Below, in pieces: positions 1-12,672 of a stretch of 64,000 nt of DNA. How positions within the stretch are numbered: position 1 is the stretch's first letter; each line of letters begins with the position of its first letter. The notes beneath the pieces are model-generated. The model did no database searches. It saw only the letters and a program-made list of their open reading frames with translations, and had not been told where the DNA came from. The stretch is from Candidatus Thorarchaeota archaeon (GTDB lineage: Archaea > Asgardarchaeota > Thorarchaeia > Thorarchaeales > Thorarchaeaceae), in the NCBI GenBank assembly GCA_029858305.1, contig JAOUFI010000001.1:64039-128038 (forward strand). Reading direction: 5' to 3'. A program made the position numbers and the translations under genes.

Positions 1-183
1 TGCAAGAATGGAAGAAGACAGAGTTATGACTAACGCAAGTATTACCATTACTTTGATTCTTGTTCTGAAATGAAAGAAATGCTGCGTTTCTTTCTTTGCA
101 CTCCGAACCGTTTTAATCTGCACATCATACTAAGAGGGGCATCTCTGTTTTGAATTTGCTTCCGAGCTTAGCTTCGTGTGTTT

Positions 184-510
184 TCAAGTATTACCAGCAA
201 GAGGGCCCAATTTCATGATCCAAACTCCATCATTTGTAAGGCCTTCTGGAAGAATGATAGCAACAATTCCAGCTATGATGAGCAATATTCCGATTACAGC
301 GAACAGCAGAGCAAATGGGGAAAAGCCGGATATTGAGGTTTCAACACCCGAATAAGAGGATACTATTAACATGGATAATGAAAGAATGAATACAACCAGC
401 AAAATTGAGAGACCCAAGTATAAAACTGCGCGCCCATACCTCTTTCTCGTTGATTGTTTCTGAGGGACAGGTACTTCCTGAGAGGACTGCATGTATTCAC
501 CTGCAATCAT
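184..510 (-). CDS. small membrane protein, function unknown
   Basis: 108-aa ORF. A basic N-terminal segment is followed by two long hydrophobic stretches (LYLGLSILLVVFILSLSMLIV; FALLFAVIGILLIIAGIVAIIL). No family recognised. Confidence 0.4.
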   Translation of the reverse strand: MIAGEYMQSSQEVPVPQKQSTRKRYGRAVLYLGLSILLVVFILSLSMLIVSSYSGVETSISGFSPFALLFAVIGILLIIAGIVAIILPEGLTNDGVWIMKLGPLAGNT

Positions 511-778
511 TTACTCATAGAATCTATTAATCTTTTAGCAATTTCTTTGATTTCATTAAGATACCTTTTCATGCATTGTTCAATTCGATTAGCCTTGGGA
601 TTATCTTCTATGTTCTATGGTCCGCAGCATTCAAAGCCATCGTCAATAAGAAAGCAGAATCATCAATTTGGATGCATCAGAACGGCGAATGAATAAGGTT
701 GGACTTCAATCAAGTATTCCATTGACTTCTCAAAATGGCTAAAATTAGCTTCCAGTAAAAGAGGAGGATTTGCTACCA

Positions 779-1003
779 TCACTTCAATTTACTTGATATT
801 CTCCCAACCTGAATTCCAACATATATTATTGCAAGAGTAAGAGCAATCAAACAAGCAAGTATGAATTGTGTTGACCAATCAATCGTTGTTGAACCAAATC
901 CTGCCAGTGCGACGTATCCCAGGAGTCCTACTGAAAAAACTAGTACAGCATTTCCTGCATAGTCTATCTCAATTTGCTTATCATCATTGGTGGAATTGTC
1001 CAT
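779..1003 (-). CDS. small membrane protein, function unknown
   Basis: 74-aa ORF with two hydrophobic helices (AVLVFSVGLLGYVALAGF; FILACLIALTLAIIYVGI). No family recognised. Confidence 0.35.
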   Translation of the reverse strand: MDNSTNDDKQIEIDYAGNAVLVFSVGLLGYVALAGFGSTTIDWSTQFILACLIALTLAIIYVGIQVGRISSKLK

Positions 1004-1154
1004 TTAATTTCCCTCCAAGAATGACAGAACGCAGAAAGGAGTTAAACATATTCTTGATTCAACTGATTCGAGCATAATAATGCAAGAAAAAATAGACAAC
1101 AAAGGATGGAAGTACTCACAAAACCCTTGGACAACTCTAGGTACTGCGTGGACA

Positions 1155-4278
<3,124 letters not shown>

Positions 4279-4754
4279 AGTCATGTGTTGACACAGTATT
4301 ACCTGTTGTCCACAAAATCTGTGAACATGATCGATTGTTTACCAATCATGCCAAGGAGTTTTGTAATAACTTCGTATTTACGTTAGGTGTATATCCTATC
4401 GTTCTCGGTCAGTGTACTTCCATCCTCTGCAATCACTGCATTAACTTCTATCGGTGCACGGCACCAAAGCTAGTGCATTGACGGTCCTTCATCGGAAATG
4501 GCACCGATTTGATAGCCTGGTTCCGATGAGCCTTCATTCAGTGATTAGAAATTACTGAACTCCGGACCTAACTTAGCACGCATCGATAAATCGATGTGCG
4601 CTCCGGCAGCCTGCTTGGCTGACGATTTAAAGCTTGCTATGCGTCGAGGGCATTTCTGTTACCAGTATGCCAGAATCAGTCTTCGGCAACCCTTTCATAG
4701 CCGCCGGACAATACTATCTCTGCTCGACAAATGCACACTAAAATGCCAGAATTT

Positions 4755-4766
4755 CCGTATAAAGCT
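4755..4766 (-). promoter_or_regulatory. candidate TATA box for the 23S rRNA transcript
   Basis: The minus strand reads CTTTATAC (rc of 4757-4764), about 480 nt upstream of the mature 23S 5' end. This is the only clear TATA-like element I saw between rph and the rRNA. Confidence 0.2.
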
Positions 4767-4814
4767 TCCGCCATATGCACATGTTAAAAACAGGTTATAG
4801 AAGCGGTTCTAGAC

Positions 4815-5522
4815 CTATGGAGGAGATAACACCTGATTCTGGAGTTCGATGAGCTTAGAGATACCTCTCGATGCCACATCAAGCATCTCATTCAAAACTT
4901 CTCGTTTGAAGGTACTACCCTCTCCAGTGCCTTGAACCTCTACAAATTCGTTTGCAAGCATTACAATGTTCATGTCAACATCGGCTTGTGAGTCTTCAAG
5001 ATAACAGAGGTCTAGGAGAATTTCATTATTTACAATTCCGACACTGACGGCGGCTACGTTGTCAATAATTGGTTTCTTTGTGATAAGCCCAAGATTTACC
5101 ATGTAGTCCAACGCGTCACAGAGTGCGACAAATGCACCTGTGATGGATGCTGTTCTTGTTCCACCATCAGCTTGGATAACATCACAGTCTATTTTTATCG
5201 TGTTTTCACCCATGTTTTTCATGTCTACAGCTGCACGTAATGATCGACCAATAAGCCGCTGTATCTCTTGTGTTCTTCCACTGACCTTGTACCGATTCAT
5301 GCGTTCATTTGTAGATCTAGGAAGCATTCCATATTCAGCAGTGATCCAACCTTGACCACTACCATTGAGCCAACCAGGAACTCCTGTTTCTACGGTTGCA
5401 GTACAGATCACTTTTGTTTCACCTGTAGTAATCAATACTGAACCTTCAGGATGTTTTAGATATCCTCTCTTGAATTCGACAGGTCTGAGTGCATCGTTTG
5501 TTCTTCCATCGGCTCTGGACAT
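4815..5522 (-). CDS. rph: ribonuclease PH (bacterial-type phosphorolytic 3'-5' exoribonuclease)
   Basis: 235 aa. It has N-terminal [10 protein letters not shown], then [14 protein letters not shown]...[20 protein letters not shown] and [23 protein letters not shown]. All are hallmark RNase PH blocks. Confidence 0.9.
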   Translation of the reverse strand: MSRADGRTNDALRPVEFKRGYLKHPEGSVLITTGETKVICTATVETGVPGWLNGSGQGWITAEYGMLPRSTNERMNRYKVSGRTQEIQRLIGRSLRAAVDMKNMGENTIKIDCDVIQADGGTRTASITGAFVALCDALDYMVNLGLITKKPIIDNVAAVSVGIVNNEILLDLCYLEDSQADVDMNIVMLANEFVEVQGTGEGSTFKREVLNEMLDVASRGISKLIELQNQVLSPP

Positions 5523-5658
5523 CTCACAACCTCTTTTCTTGTGTTAGATTTCGAGTATTAATTAGTGTCGGGCAACATATCAGATACTTTTTTTGAGTGT
5601 ATGTCCATCAAAAAGAGTAGTGGCCCAAATTGCTGAGAACTGGAGGATTAGTTTTAGC

Positions 5659-6690
5659 ATGAAAGATGTTCAAAATCGTTTCAAAACAGCGCTAGATGAC
5701 ACAGTTAAAGAATGGAAGAGTCACGAAAAAGTAAGAGGAATCTTCGTCTATGGTTCATTTGCAAAGGGAACAGCCACCGCAAATTCGGATTTGGACATCT
5801 CTATAATCTGGGATGCTGACGAAGCACCAGTACGACTCATGTCTACTCATAAAGAAGTCCGTATTGATATGGTCTTCATGACAATTGGAGAAATCGAAGA
5901 GGTCCTCTCTCGCACTACTAGTGATGTGTTCAGAGTATCAGAGGTCGTCAATAGATTTCAAACTTCGCGCATCATACATGATCCAAAAGGTATGCTGAAG
6001 AAGTGGCAGAAAAGCGCAATGGAATATTCATGGCCAAGTGGAACAATCAGCGAAATGAGGAGAGCCGCGCTTGAGCTTCTATCTCGAGCGAAGAGTTTTG
6101 TTGAAGAAAATGATTATGCTAGTGCAATCTATGAGATGCGTGAGGGGCTCTTCCAATTCGGTCGAGTAATTTTGATGTCAAATAACATCTTCACAGTACT
6201 TAGGCCAGCTGAGGTGTTAATAGAAATACGAATGCTCGATCCTATGACATATCAGCTCTTTCTTCGGACATACAAACTTAGAGGACTAGACGAATCCAAG
6301 CTTCTCGTAATTCTTGAAAAATTAAGAACGTGGATTGAGAGAGCAGAAGAACGACTTGAAAACTCTGAGGAAACTAGTCTAACTACACAGACCACAAGAT
6401 TACTTGCACAAGCTCAGAGACAATATCATGGATCGCTCAATCTTACATATGGAGGAGATTATGAGCTCGCCACATTAGAGATGAGAGAGGCAGCCAATAC
6501 GCTTGGAAAAGCAATGGTAGTTCTCAAAGGAGAATTCAGCCCTGAAAAAACAGGTTTCATTGCCAATCTTAGGGATTCAGAGGCAGAATTCTTCAATCAG
6601 ATTCTTGTCGAATATGGAGCATATGATATCCAACCTGCAGAGATAAGCCGTATCATTAACGAAGCCCAGTTTCTTGCACACCGTACTTGA
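5659..6690 (+). CDS. Pol-beta-superfamily nucleotidyltransferase with a long helical C-terminal domain (KNTase/MNT-like)
   Basis: NTase motif GIFVYGSFAKGTATANSDLDISIIW followed by VRIDMVF. The C-terminal ~230 aa is helical. The track starts at a TTG at 5593; the ATG at 5659 (MKDVQNRF) is the more likely start. Confidence 0.7.
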   Translation: MKDVQNRFKTALDDTVKEWKSHEKVRGIFVYGSFAKGTATANSDLDISIIWDADEAPVRLMSTHKEVRIDMVFMTIGEIEEVLSRTTSDVFRVSEVVNRFQTSRIIHDPKGMLKKWQKSAMEYSWPSGTISEMRRAALELLSRAKSFVEENDYASAIYEMREGLFQFGRVILMSNNIFTVLRPAEVLIEIRMLDPMTYQLFLRTYKLRGLDESKLLVILEKLRTWIERAEERLENSEETSLTTQTTRLLAQAQRQYHGSLNLTYGGDYELATLEMREAANTLGKAMVVLKGEFSPEKTGFIANLRDSEAEFFNQILVEYGAYDIQPAEISRIINEAQFLAHRT

Positions 6691-6745
6691 TTGAATAATG
6701 ATAGACGGTTAAATTGATTAGACTCAAAATAGTGATGACCAATCG

Positions 6746-7357
6746 GTGGTCTTCATGCCCGAAAAAAAAGTTAGGATTCTCAAGCTTCTCAGTGTCGCAC
6801 TAACACGAGAAAAACAAGTCATACTCCTAGAAGAATTAAAGCGATACTCAGCAGCAACAAATTGGGTTATCAAGACCATTCTCAAAAACCTCCTGAGAAG
6901 TCCTGCTAGAATAAAAGAGGCAATTGAGGATACATTTGTGAAGGAGTATGACAATAGAGCGGTCTATCTTGACAATGTCATAGCATCTGCTCGAGCAGAG
7001 ATAGCGAAACATACCAAATTGGCAATGACAATACGGAGCATGAGAGAAAAGACTCCGTTTTTCCGGTCTGGAAGATTGATTTTGTCTCAGCCAATTATCA
7101 AGGTTGGAGATAAGGCAGTAGTACTCAAACTAATGGATAGAACTGAAATTGCGATACCATATGATAAGCGAAGTAGGAACCGGCTTGCACCCGAAATAGA
7201 TTCAATTCTCAGAGGAGAACCAAGAACACCTGATACATCTGGTATAATGCAACTCAATAAGAGGTATGAACGAATTCGGCTAACATGGAATAATGAGGGA
7301 TTCGTGGACATCGATATCAGAGCTTTCCTACCTGAGAATGATGACGTTGGCTTATAG
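6746..7357 (+). CDS. hypothetical protein; weak resemblance to the N-terminal (pre-RuvC) half of TnpB/OrfB-type proteins
   Basis: 203-aa ORF (alternative ATG at 6755). The overall pattern (KVRILKL...REKQVILLEEL...SAATNWVI, then beta-rich ...YERIRLTWNNEGFVDIDI at the end) resembles IS605-OrfB N-termini. No RuvC or Zn-finger part follows. Resemblance judged by eye only. Confidence 0.45.
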   Translation: MVFMPEKKVRILKLLSVALTREKQVILLEELKRYSAATNWVIKTILKNLLRSPARIKEAIEDTFVKEYDNRAVYLDNVIASARAEIAKHTKLAMTIRSMREKTPFFRSGRLILSQPIIKVGDKAVVLKLMDRTEIAIPYDKRSRNRLAPEIDSILRGEPRTPDTSGIMQLNKRYERIRLTWNNEGFVDIDIRAFLPENDDVGL

Positions 7358-7365
7358 AAATTAGA

Positions 7366-8247
7366 CTATATACTCCATGAAGTCACGGTCCCTGCGAAAT
7401 CAGCTGAAAACACTACTTCATTTTTTGGATCCCATTGAACTGCGGTGATTCCTGACAAAAGAGACCCTGTTGAGATTTCCTTGAGGCTATTCAGAGACCA
7501 GATACGAAGTGTACGGTCCCAGCTTCCCGATGCGAGTCTCTCTCCTGTAGAATCAATGGATAGTGAGCTGATGATATCTGAATGGCCAACCAATTCTTTC
7601 ATTTTAGTAGGATTTTCAATGTCTATCAACAAAATTTTACCACTACGTAGGCCTAAAGCAAGTTTTGAACCATCAATATTCGTAGCAATGGCACGTATGT
7701 TTTCTTTAATCCGACTCAACTGAAATTCGACTTCATATGAGCTCATATCCCATATTTTGCATTCCCCATCTAATGATGAAGTCACAAGTTTGGAGCCTTC
7801 TTTGATGAAGGCAAGACCGGTGATGTCAGTCCCGTGAGCTTGGAGATTCCTCATGGACTTAAGTGTGTTCAGAGAGAATACCTTGACCTCACCGTCGCGC
7901 GATCCTGCTGCTCCTTTTCCTTGGTCTGGAGTGGTTGTTAAAGACTTGACTTCAGACCCATGTTTAAGGATAGTGGGTTCTTCTGCACCTTTACTCTCCC
8001 ATAAACGAGTAGTATTATCCCAACTGCAAGAGAGAATCTTATTTCTATCACCAATGAAGAGTGTTGCAGATATTGCTCCTTCATGACCGGTAATCGTATT
8101 CTTGATTTTCCCAGATTTTGTATCAACAACGAAGATGTTCGCGTCAGTATTTCCGCATACTACATATCGACCCTTGGAATCAATAGAGAGACAGGTGAGT
8201 GGAAACAATAGACCATTTTCTTGACGAAATAAAATTGTCTTCTCCAA
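7366..8247 (-). CDS. WD40-repeat beta-propeller protein (about 7 blades)
   Basis: 293 aa with recurring GH...WD units: SCSWDNTTRLWE, SSLDGECKIWDM, SGSWDRTLRIWSL, GHEGAISA, GHSDIISS. Confidence 0.85.
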   Translation of the reverse strand: MEKTILFRQENGLLFPLTCLSIDSKGRYVVCGNTDANIFVVDTKSGKIKNTITGHEGAISATLFIGDRNKILSCSWDNTTRLWESKGAEEPTILKHGSEVKSLTTTPDQGKGAAGSRDGEVKVFSLNTLKSMRNLQAHGTDITGLAFIKEGSKLVTSSLDGECKIWDMSSYEVEFQLSRIKENIRAIATNIDGSKLALGLRSGKILLIDIENPTKMKELVGHSDIISSLSIDSTGERLASGSWDRTLRIWSLNSLKEISTGSLLSGITAVQWDPKNEVVFSADFAGTVTSWSI

Positions 8248-8317
8248 TCTGAATCACCGGAAGAGAGCCATCTTGTAAATCATTCGCAGCGGATGTTTAA
8301 AAGCTTGTAACATCATG

Positions 8318-9340
8318 CTACTTTTTCAGGTGCCGATAAACCAAAACTATGAAAATCAATGGAACAATGATGAGAGCTACGTAAAAGAGATATTGCGTAT
8401 CCAAAGGAAAAGTGATATTTCCTGCAACCTGTTCGACAACGAATGTTTCCAAGACTCTGCCAACTATCTCTAGACTTTCAGCACTACATTTGTCCGGGGT
8501 GTCTGCAAGAGTGTGCCATGAATCTGGAAAAGGGTAATGAATCAAATCCACTGCGGGGATGCGAGCGATAAGGAATGGGCTATGATCATCAGTGATTCTA
8601 GCACCTATAGTATCAAGAAAAGTATCATTATAGCCCATCTGGCTCGCTATTGACCATATAGCATTCTGCAATGATGATGTCGAGCTGCTTTCACGAGGGA
8701 TGATAAGATCAGAATCTCCCACCATATCAACTAAAATCATCGCGCGAATCGATTGCCTTCTAGAGGTATTGAGCGTGGACACATAATATGTTGAACCCTG
8801 AATCCAATCCCAGCCATCAATTCCGCCCGAGTCTTCTGCATCAAAAAACACGAGTTCAACTGTAGATCGAACAGAAACGGGTAGAATACGAGCTAATTCC
8901 ATAAGAACTGCAGTCCCACTCCCTCCATCATTTGCTCCAAGAACTGGCTTCGTTCTATTTAGTGGATCTGGATCTGCAGAAGCCTCAGGACGTGTATCGT
9001 AGTGCGCTCCCAGAAGGATGACTGCGTTTGTCGAGGAATTCCATGTAGCAATAATGTTTGTACATAGTGTTTCCCGATACGTAAAGTTCTGAAGGGTGAC
9101 GTTCCAGCCAAATGACTCGAGCGTTTCTTGAACATAGGTCTTGCACAGAGTTAGATTTTCAGATCCAGGCGGCCTTGGTCCGAAGGAACATTGTTCTAAG
9201 AGAAAATCATATGCGCTAGCTCCATCAAATGTTGGAGTATGGGTGATTTGCGCATTTACGAGTGTTGTGAATCCAGATAGTAGGATGATGACGACTGCGA
9301 TATATCCAAGGGCTCTCATTAGAATTGTTGACAGTTTCAA
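8318..9340 (-). CDS. membrane-anchored M28-family metallopeptidase / glutaminyl-cyclase-like protein
   Basis: N-terminal signal/TM segment. Family motifs are LLGAHYDTRP, GANDGGSGTAVLMELARIL, FFDAEDSGG and DDHSPF. Several N-x-S/T sequons and a C-terminal TM plus basic tail (YRHLKK). Confidence 0.8.
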   Translation of the reverse strand: MKLSTILMRALGYIAVVIILLSGFTTLVNAQITHTPTFDGASAYDFLLEQCSFGPRPPGSENLTLCKTYVQETLESFGWNVTLQNFTYRETLCTNIIATWNSSTNAVILLGAHYDTRPEASADPDPLNRTKPVLGANDGGSGTAVLMELARILPVSVRSTVELVFFDAEDSGGIDGWDWIQGSTYYVSTLNTSRRQSIRAMILVDMVGDSDLIIPRESSSTSSLQNAIWSIASQMGYNDTFLDTIGARITDDHSPFLIARIPAVDLIHYPFPDSWHTLADTPDKCSAESLEIVGRVLETFVVEQVAGNITFPLDTQYLFYVALIIVPLIFIVLVYRHLKK

Positions 9341-9356
9341 CCACCTAAGAAGGTTT

Positions 9357-10577
9357 TCAGTGAGAAGAGAGAATCCTTGAAAGAATGACTTGTTGGAGAA
9401 TATGAGGCAACTGCCTTGGAAGACTCTTCAAGACAACATAAGGGATATCTGCATATCCCATCTCTCCACGGGCTATCATTGCCATCACATCCGAAGCTAA
9501 TTTGTATCCGTTAACACTCGGAAGGATTTTCTCAGCAAAGGATGTTCCTTTGGATCCAGCCCATGCAGCCATTTGAAAATTCGCAGAAAACTCTTTTCTG
9601 CAGAGGGCATGGTATTCAGAGAGCTGAGTTGCATCATACCTACCATCCTGAAGTGCATTGTCAATCACATTGGCTGCAAAAATTCCTGATTGCATCGCAT
9701 ATGCAATACCTTCACCCATCATCGGGTCAACGAATCCTGCAGCATCTCCAACGAGAATAGCCCTATCGGCGACATTTTCACTTCCTAGTCCGTCACCGCC
9801 CAGGAAACACGTGCGTCTCTTGTCCAAGAGAAGAGGTATCCCTAATCTTTTCTCCAACTTCTTATGGAATCGATCAAAGATTGGACGAAGAGCGCGCATA
9901 TGCACTCCTGAACCTGCAACTCCGACGGCCAAATGTTCTCGCTTTGGAAATATCCAACCATAACTGATTTTGTCCTCAGCAGGTATTATTTCAAGAATAG
10001 AGGGATTGCCATTCATCGCCCTTTCCACTCCATCAGCACCAACATAGAAATCTGATTCCATTCCAAGCCCAACTTTTGTTAGGTCCTTCCGTAGCGGACG
10101 CAGTCCAAGAGACCGACTCACAACAGAGTTTACACCATCAGCACCAATGAGGAATTTGGATCGGAATTCACGACCATCCTTGAGGCGCACCAGAGCAGAA
10201 TCATTCGAAGTCCTTGCATGTACAACAGGTGTATTTTCCATTAATTCTGAACCCGCATTAACAGCTCGTTTTGCTAGATATTCATCGAACCTATCTCGGA
10301 AGACGGTGATTCCAATCATTTTGTCAGAGATGAATTCGGATTTTATGCCATTAGGCAAAGAAAATCTTAAACCAAATATTCGCTGCTCCACAAGGGCATG
10401 TGGGAGGCATCCTTTGAGAATCCTGATTCCACGATACATCACTGCACCTCCACATGCCTTCTCTCTTGGAAGGGGACTCTTCTCAAGTAACAATGTAGTT
10501 AGTCCTTGCTTTGAACATTCATATGCAGCGATAGAACCTGCGGGTCCTGCTCCGACGACCACCACATCGTAGGTCAA
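9357..10577 (-). CDS. geranylgeranyl reductase family flavoprotein (archaeal lipid saturation type)
   Basis: 406 aa. FAD-binding motifs YDVVVVGAGPAGSIAAYECSKQGLTTLLLEK and LIGADGVNS, plus GDAAGFVDPMMGEGI. Confidence 0.85.
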   Translation of the reverse strand: MTYDVVVVGAGPAGSIAAYECSKQGLTTLLLEKSPLPREKACGGAVMYRGIRILKGCLPHALVEQRIFGLRFSLPNGIKSEFISDKMIGITVFRDRFDEYLAKRAVNAGSELMENTPVVHARTSNDSALVRLKDGREFRSKFLIGADGVNSVVSRSLGLRPLRKDLTKVGLGMESDFYVGADGVERAMNGNPSILEIIPAEDKISYGWIFPKREHLAVGVAGSGVHMRALRPIFDRFHKKLEKRLGIPLLLDKRRTCFLGGDGLGSENVADRAILVGDAAGFVDPMMGEGIAYAMQSGIFAANVIDNALQDGRYDATQLSEYHALCRKEFSANFQMAAWAGSKGTSFAEKILPSVNGYKLASDVMAMIARGEMGYADIPYVVLKSLPRQLPHILQQVILSRILSSH

Positions 10578-10679
10578 ATAGCACCATAACCTCCTTTAGA
10601 ACAGATCTTTCTATAAACAAATGAGTTCCAGGTTACACGATTATTAACTATGAACCTTGAGCGCTAATTAGTCTTGGCA

Positions 10680-11504
10680 TCAACATTTGATGAAACTGAA
10701 AGAATCGCTCGCTCCTTCGTCATCAACCCCAAGTTTCTTTCGTATAATTGTCTCATAATCAGGATTAATCTCATACCCTATGGAGTTCCGACCTAATTCT
10801 CGTGCAACTCGTAGAGTCGTTCCGCTACCGGCGAATGGATCAAGGACTGTATCGCCTAGAAATGAATAGAGCCGTATACATCGACGCGGAAGCTCTTCAG
10901 GGAACGGTGCAGGGTGTTGTTCAGTTTTAGCTGAAGCTGGTTGAAAATCCCAGATAGAATTCTGTACCCAGTTTGTGAACTCGTCATGTGTGATCGCAGA
11001 CATCTCCTTTCTCTTTTTATCTACAGGAGGCCGCTTCCCACTCTTGGAGAAGACGATAATCCATTCATAGGGATATGATGCTAATAGGTTAGGAGGATAC
11101 GGGTATGACCCCCACGAACTGAATCGTACTGCTTTCCGCTTGTCCCAGATATACAGAGAATGAAAGTACATGTTGCCGAGGGAATTCATGAATGCCTCTA
11201 GATCTGTTAGGACTGGTTTTGTGAGCCTGCGATTAAACTTCGAAACAGTTCTTGGAAGGAGTATTGGCATTATATCAACTATTAGCTTGCCATCTGGCAC
11301 AAGAGTCCTCACGCATTCTCTGAACACTTCACAGAGAGAATCGAGATATTCATCATAAGTCGAAGAAGATTGGCCAATGGCATCTTTATGCCCATAATCT
11401 TTGAGTTGCCAATAAGGTGGAGATGTGACAATCAAGTGTACGGACTCATCAGGAATTAGGTTCATATTGCGACTGTCACCAATCACCACAAGATGGTTTG
11501 TCAT
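10680..11504 (-). CDS. DNA methyltransferase, beta-class, SPPY type (probable N4-cytosine or N6-adenine)
   Basis: Catalytic motif IV IVTSPPYWQLKDYG lies near the N-terminus. AdoMet motif I VLDPFAGSGTTLRVA lies near the C-terminus. This is the circularly permuted beta order. Confidence 0.85.
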   Translation of the reverse strand: MTNHLVVIGDSRNMNLIPDESVHLIVTSPPYWQLKDYGHKDAIGQSSSTYDEYLDSLCEVFRECVRTLVPDGKLIVDIMPILLPRTVSKFNRRLTKPVLTDLEAFMNSLGNMYFHSLYIWDKRKAVRFSSWGSYPYPPNLLASYPYEWIIVFSKSGKRPPVDKKRKEMSAITHDEFTNWVQNSIWDFQPASAKTEQHPAPFPEELPRRCIRLYSFLGDTVLDPFAGSGTTLRVARELGRNSIGYEINPDYETIIRKKLGVDDEGASDSFSFIKC

Positions 11505-11505
11505 T

Positions 11506-12672
11506 CTACTTTCGACCTCCGAAACTCAAGTCCCATACAATCACTTGTTCCTTTCTTCGAGTTGCATTTATTTTATCCCAGAGACCGCTTGCTGTCTTCG
11601 TGTACTCGCGTTCTACTATATAGGGGTCAGCCCAAGGTGCTATATTAGAAAAGAAATCGGAACCACGGACTAATTTCCCATGTACCATTCGATTTCCAAC
11701 GACAAAGATAATGATTGACTTGTCATGCACAACTTGGTCGAGGGCAAGTAAAGCCTCGCGCATTTCTTTTTCATAGGTCGAATATCGTTGGATTAACCCA
11801 TCACGAATTTTGCTTCTGTCTATCCCTAGAATTTCCATTACCAGCTTTGTATAGTACCCGGTATAATCCAGAGCATCAAAGTAGGGAGGGCTTGTGTACA
11901 CAACATCGATGGAATTTGATGGAATGATTTCATTGATTGCTCGTGTATCATATGAATGAATTTTGACAGATGGTGTTCCCTTTACGAAATCAATATGTTT
12001 TCGCACCTTTCGAATTAGCGTGGTAAAGAAATCTATCTGTCGAAGAGGGGGATTGATTTTTCCAATCGATGTTGATGTCCACAGCCATCCATTACAAGCT
12101 CTCGCTGCAAGGCATATTGCCCCGTAGAAGCATGCTAGAAGGAAAGGGGAGAAGCTGTCAGAAATAGATAATATCCTCATAATCTGCTCTGCCGTAGTTT
12201 CATGAAAATACTCAGCAGGAGCTGAAGGCATAGGAGAAGCAAATGGGAGAGATCGAGCTTTCTTTATTGAATATTCAAGATGAGTGAGTGTGAGTTCTTT
12301 GTCAATTGGTTCTGTCTTTCCGCGTGATATAATACAAGCAAGGGGATTGTTATCAACTCCTGTAACCTGAAGTCCTCGCAGTTGAGCCTCATAGATGATG
12401 GTGCCTGTACCACAGAAAGGATCCAGTAATCTCGAATTTTGTGCTAGTTGTGAGATTACATACGCTGCATCTATGGCGGACATTTTACCCCTATAGGGAT
12501 AGATACCATGGATAGAGTGCGGATTATTGACTTTATCAAGACATCTGAGGTTAATCTTTCTCTGAGGCCAATGAGCGTTCTCAACCTCTGATTCATTCAT
12601 AGCATTCACTGAATGGTAATATCTGGCTAATAAGCTGTCCAGTTTGCGTTTAGATGTCCCTGCAATCTTCAC
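11506..12672 (-). CDS. DNA methyltransferase, SPPY type, motif I before motif IV
   Basis: LLDPFCGTGTIIYEAQLRGLQVTGVDNNP (AdoMet binding) is followed about 170 aa later by VVYTSPPYFDALDY. The stop lies 1 nt before the start of the next methyltransferase gene. Confidence 0.8.
   Translation of the reverse strand: MKIAGTSKRKLDSLLARYYHSVNAMNESEVENAHWPQRKINLRCLDKVNNPHSIHGIYPYRGKMSAIDAAYVISQLAQNSRLLDPFCGTGTIIYEAQLRGLQVTGVDNNPLACIISRGKTEPIDKELTLTHLEYSIKKARSLPFASPMPSAPAEYFHETTAEQIMRILSISDSFSPFLLACFYGAICLAARACNGWLWTSTSIGKINPPLRQIDFFTTLIRKVRKHIDFVKGTPSVKIHSYDTRAINEIIPSNSIDVVYTSPPYFDALDYTGYYTKLVMEILGIDRSKIRDGLIQRYSTYEKEMREALLALDQVVHDKSIIIFVVGNRMVHGKLVRGSDFFSNIAPWADPYIVEREYTKTASGLWDKINATRRKEQVIVWDLSFGGRK

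Noticed and set aside
10147-10572. 141-aa plus-strand ORF
   Set aside because: It is antisense to the geranylgeranyl reductase gene, whose FAD motifs fix the coding strand.
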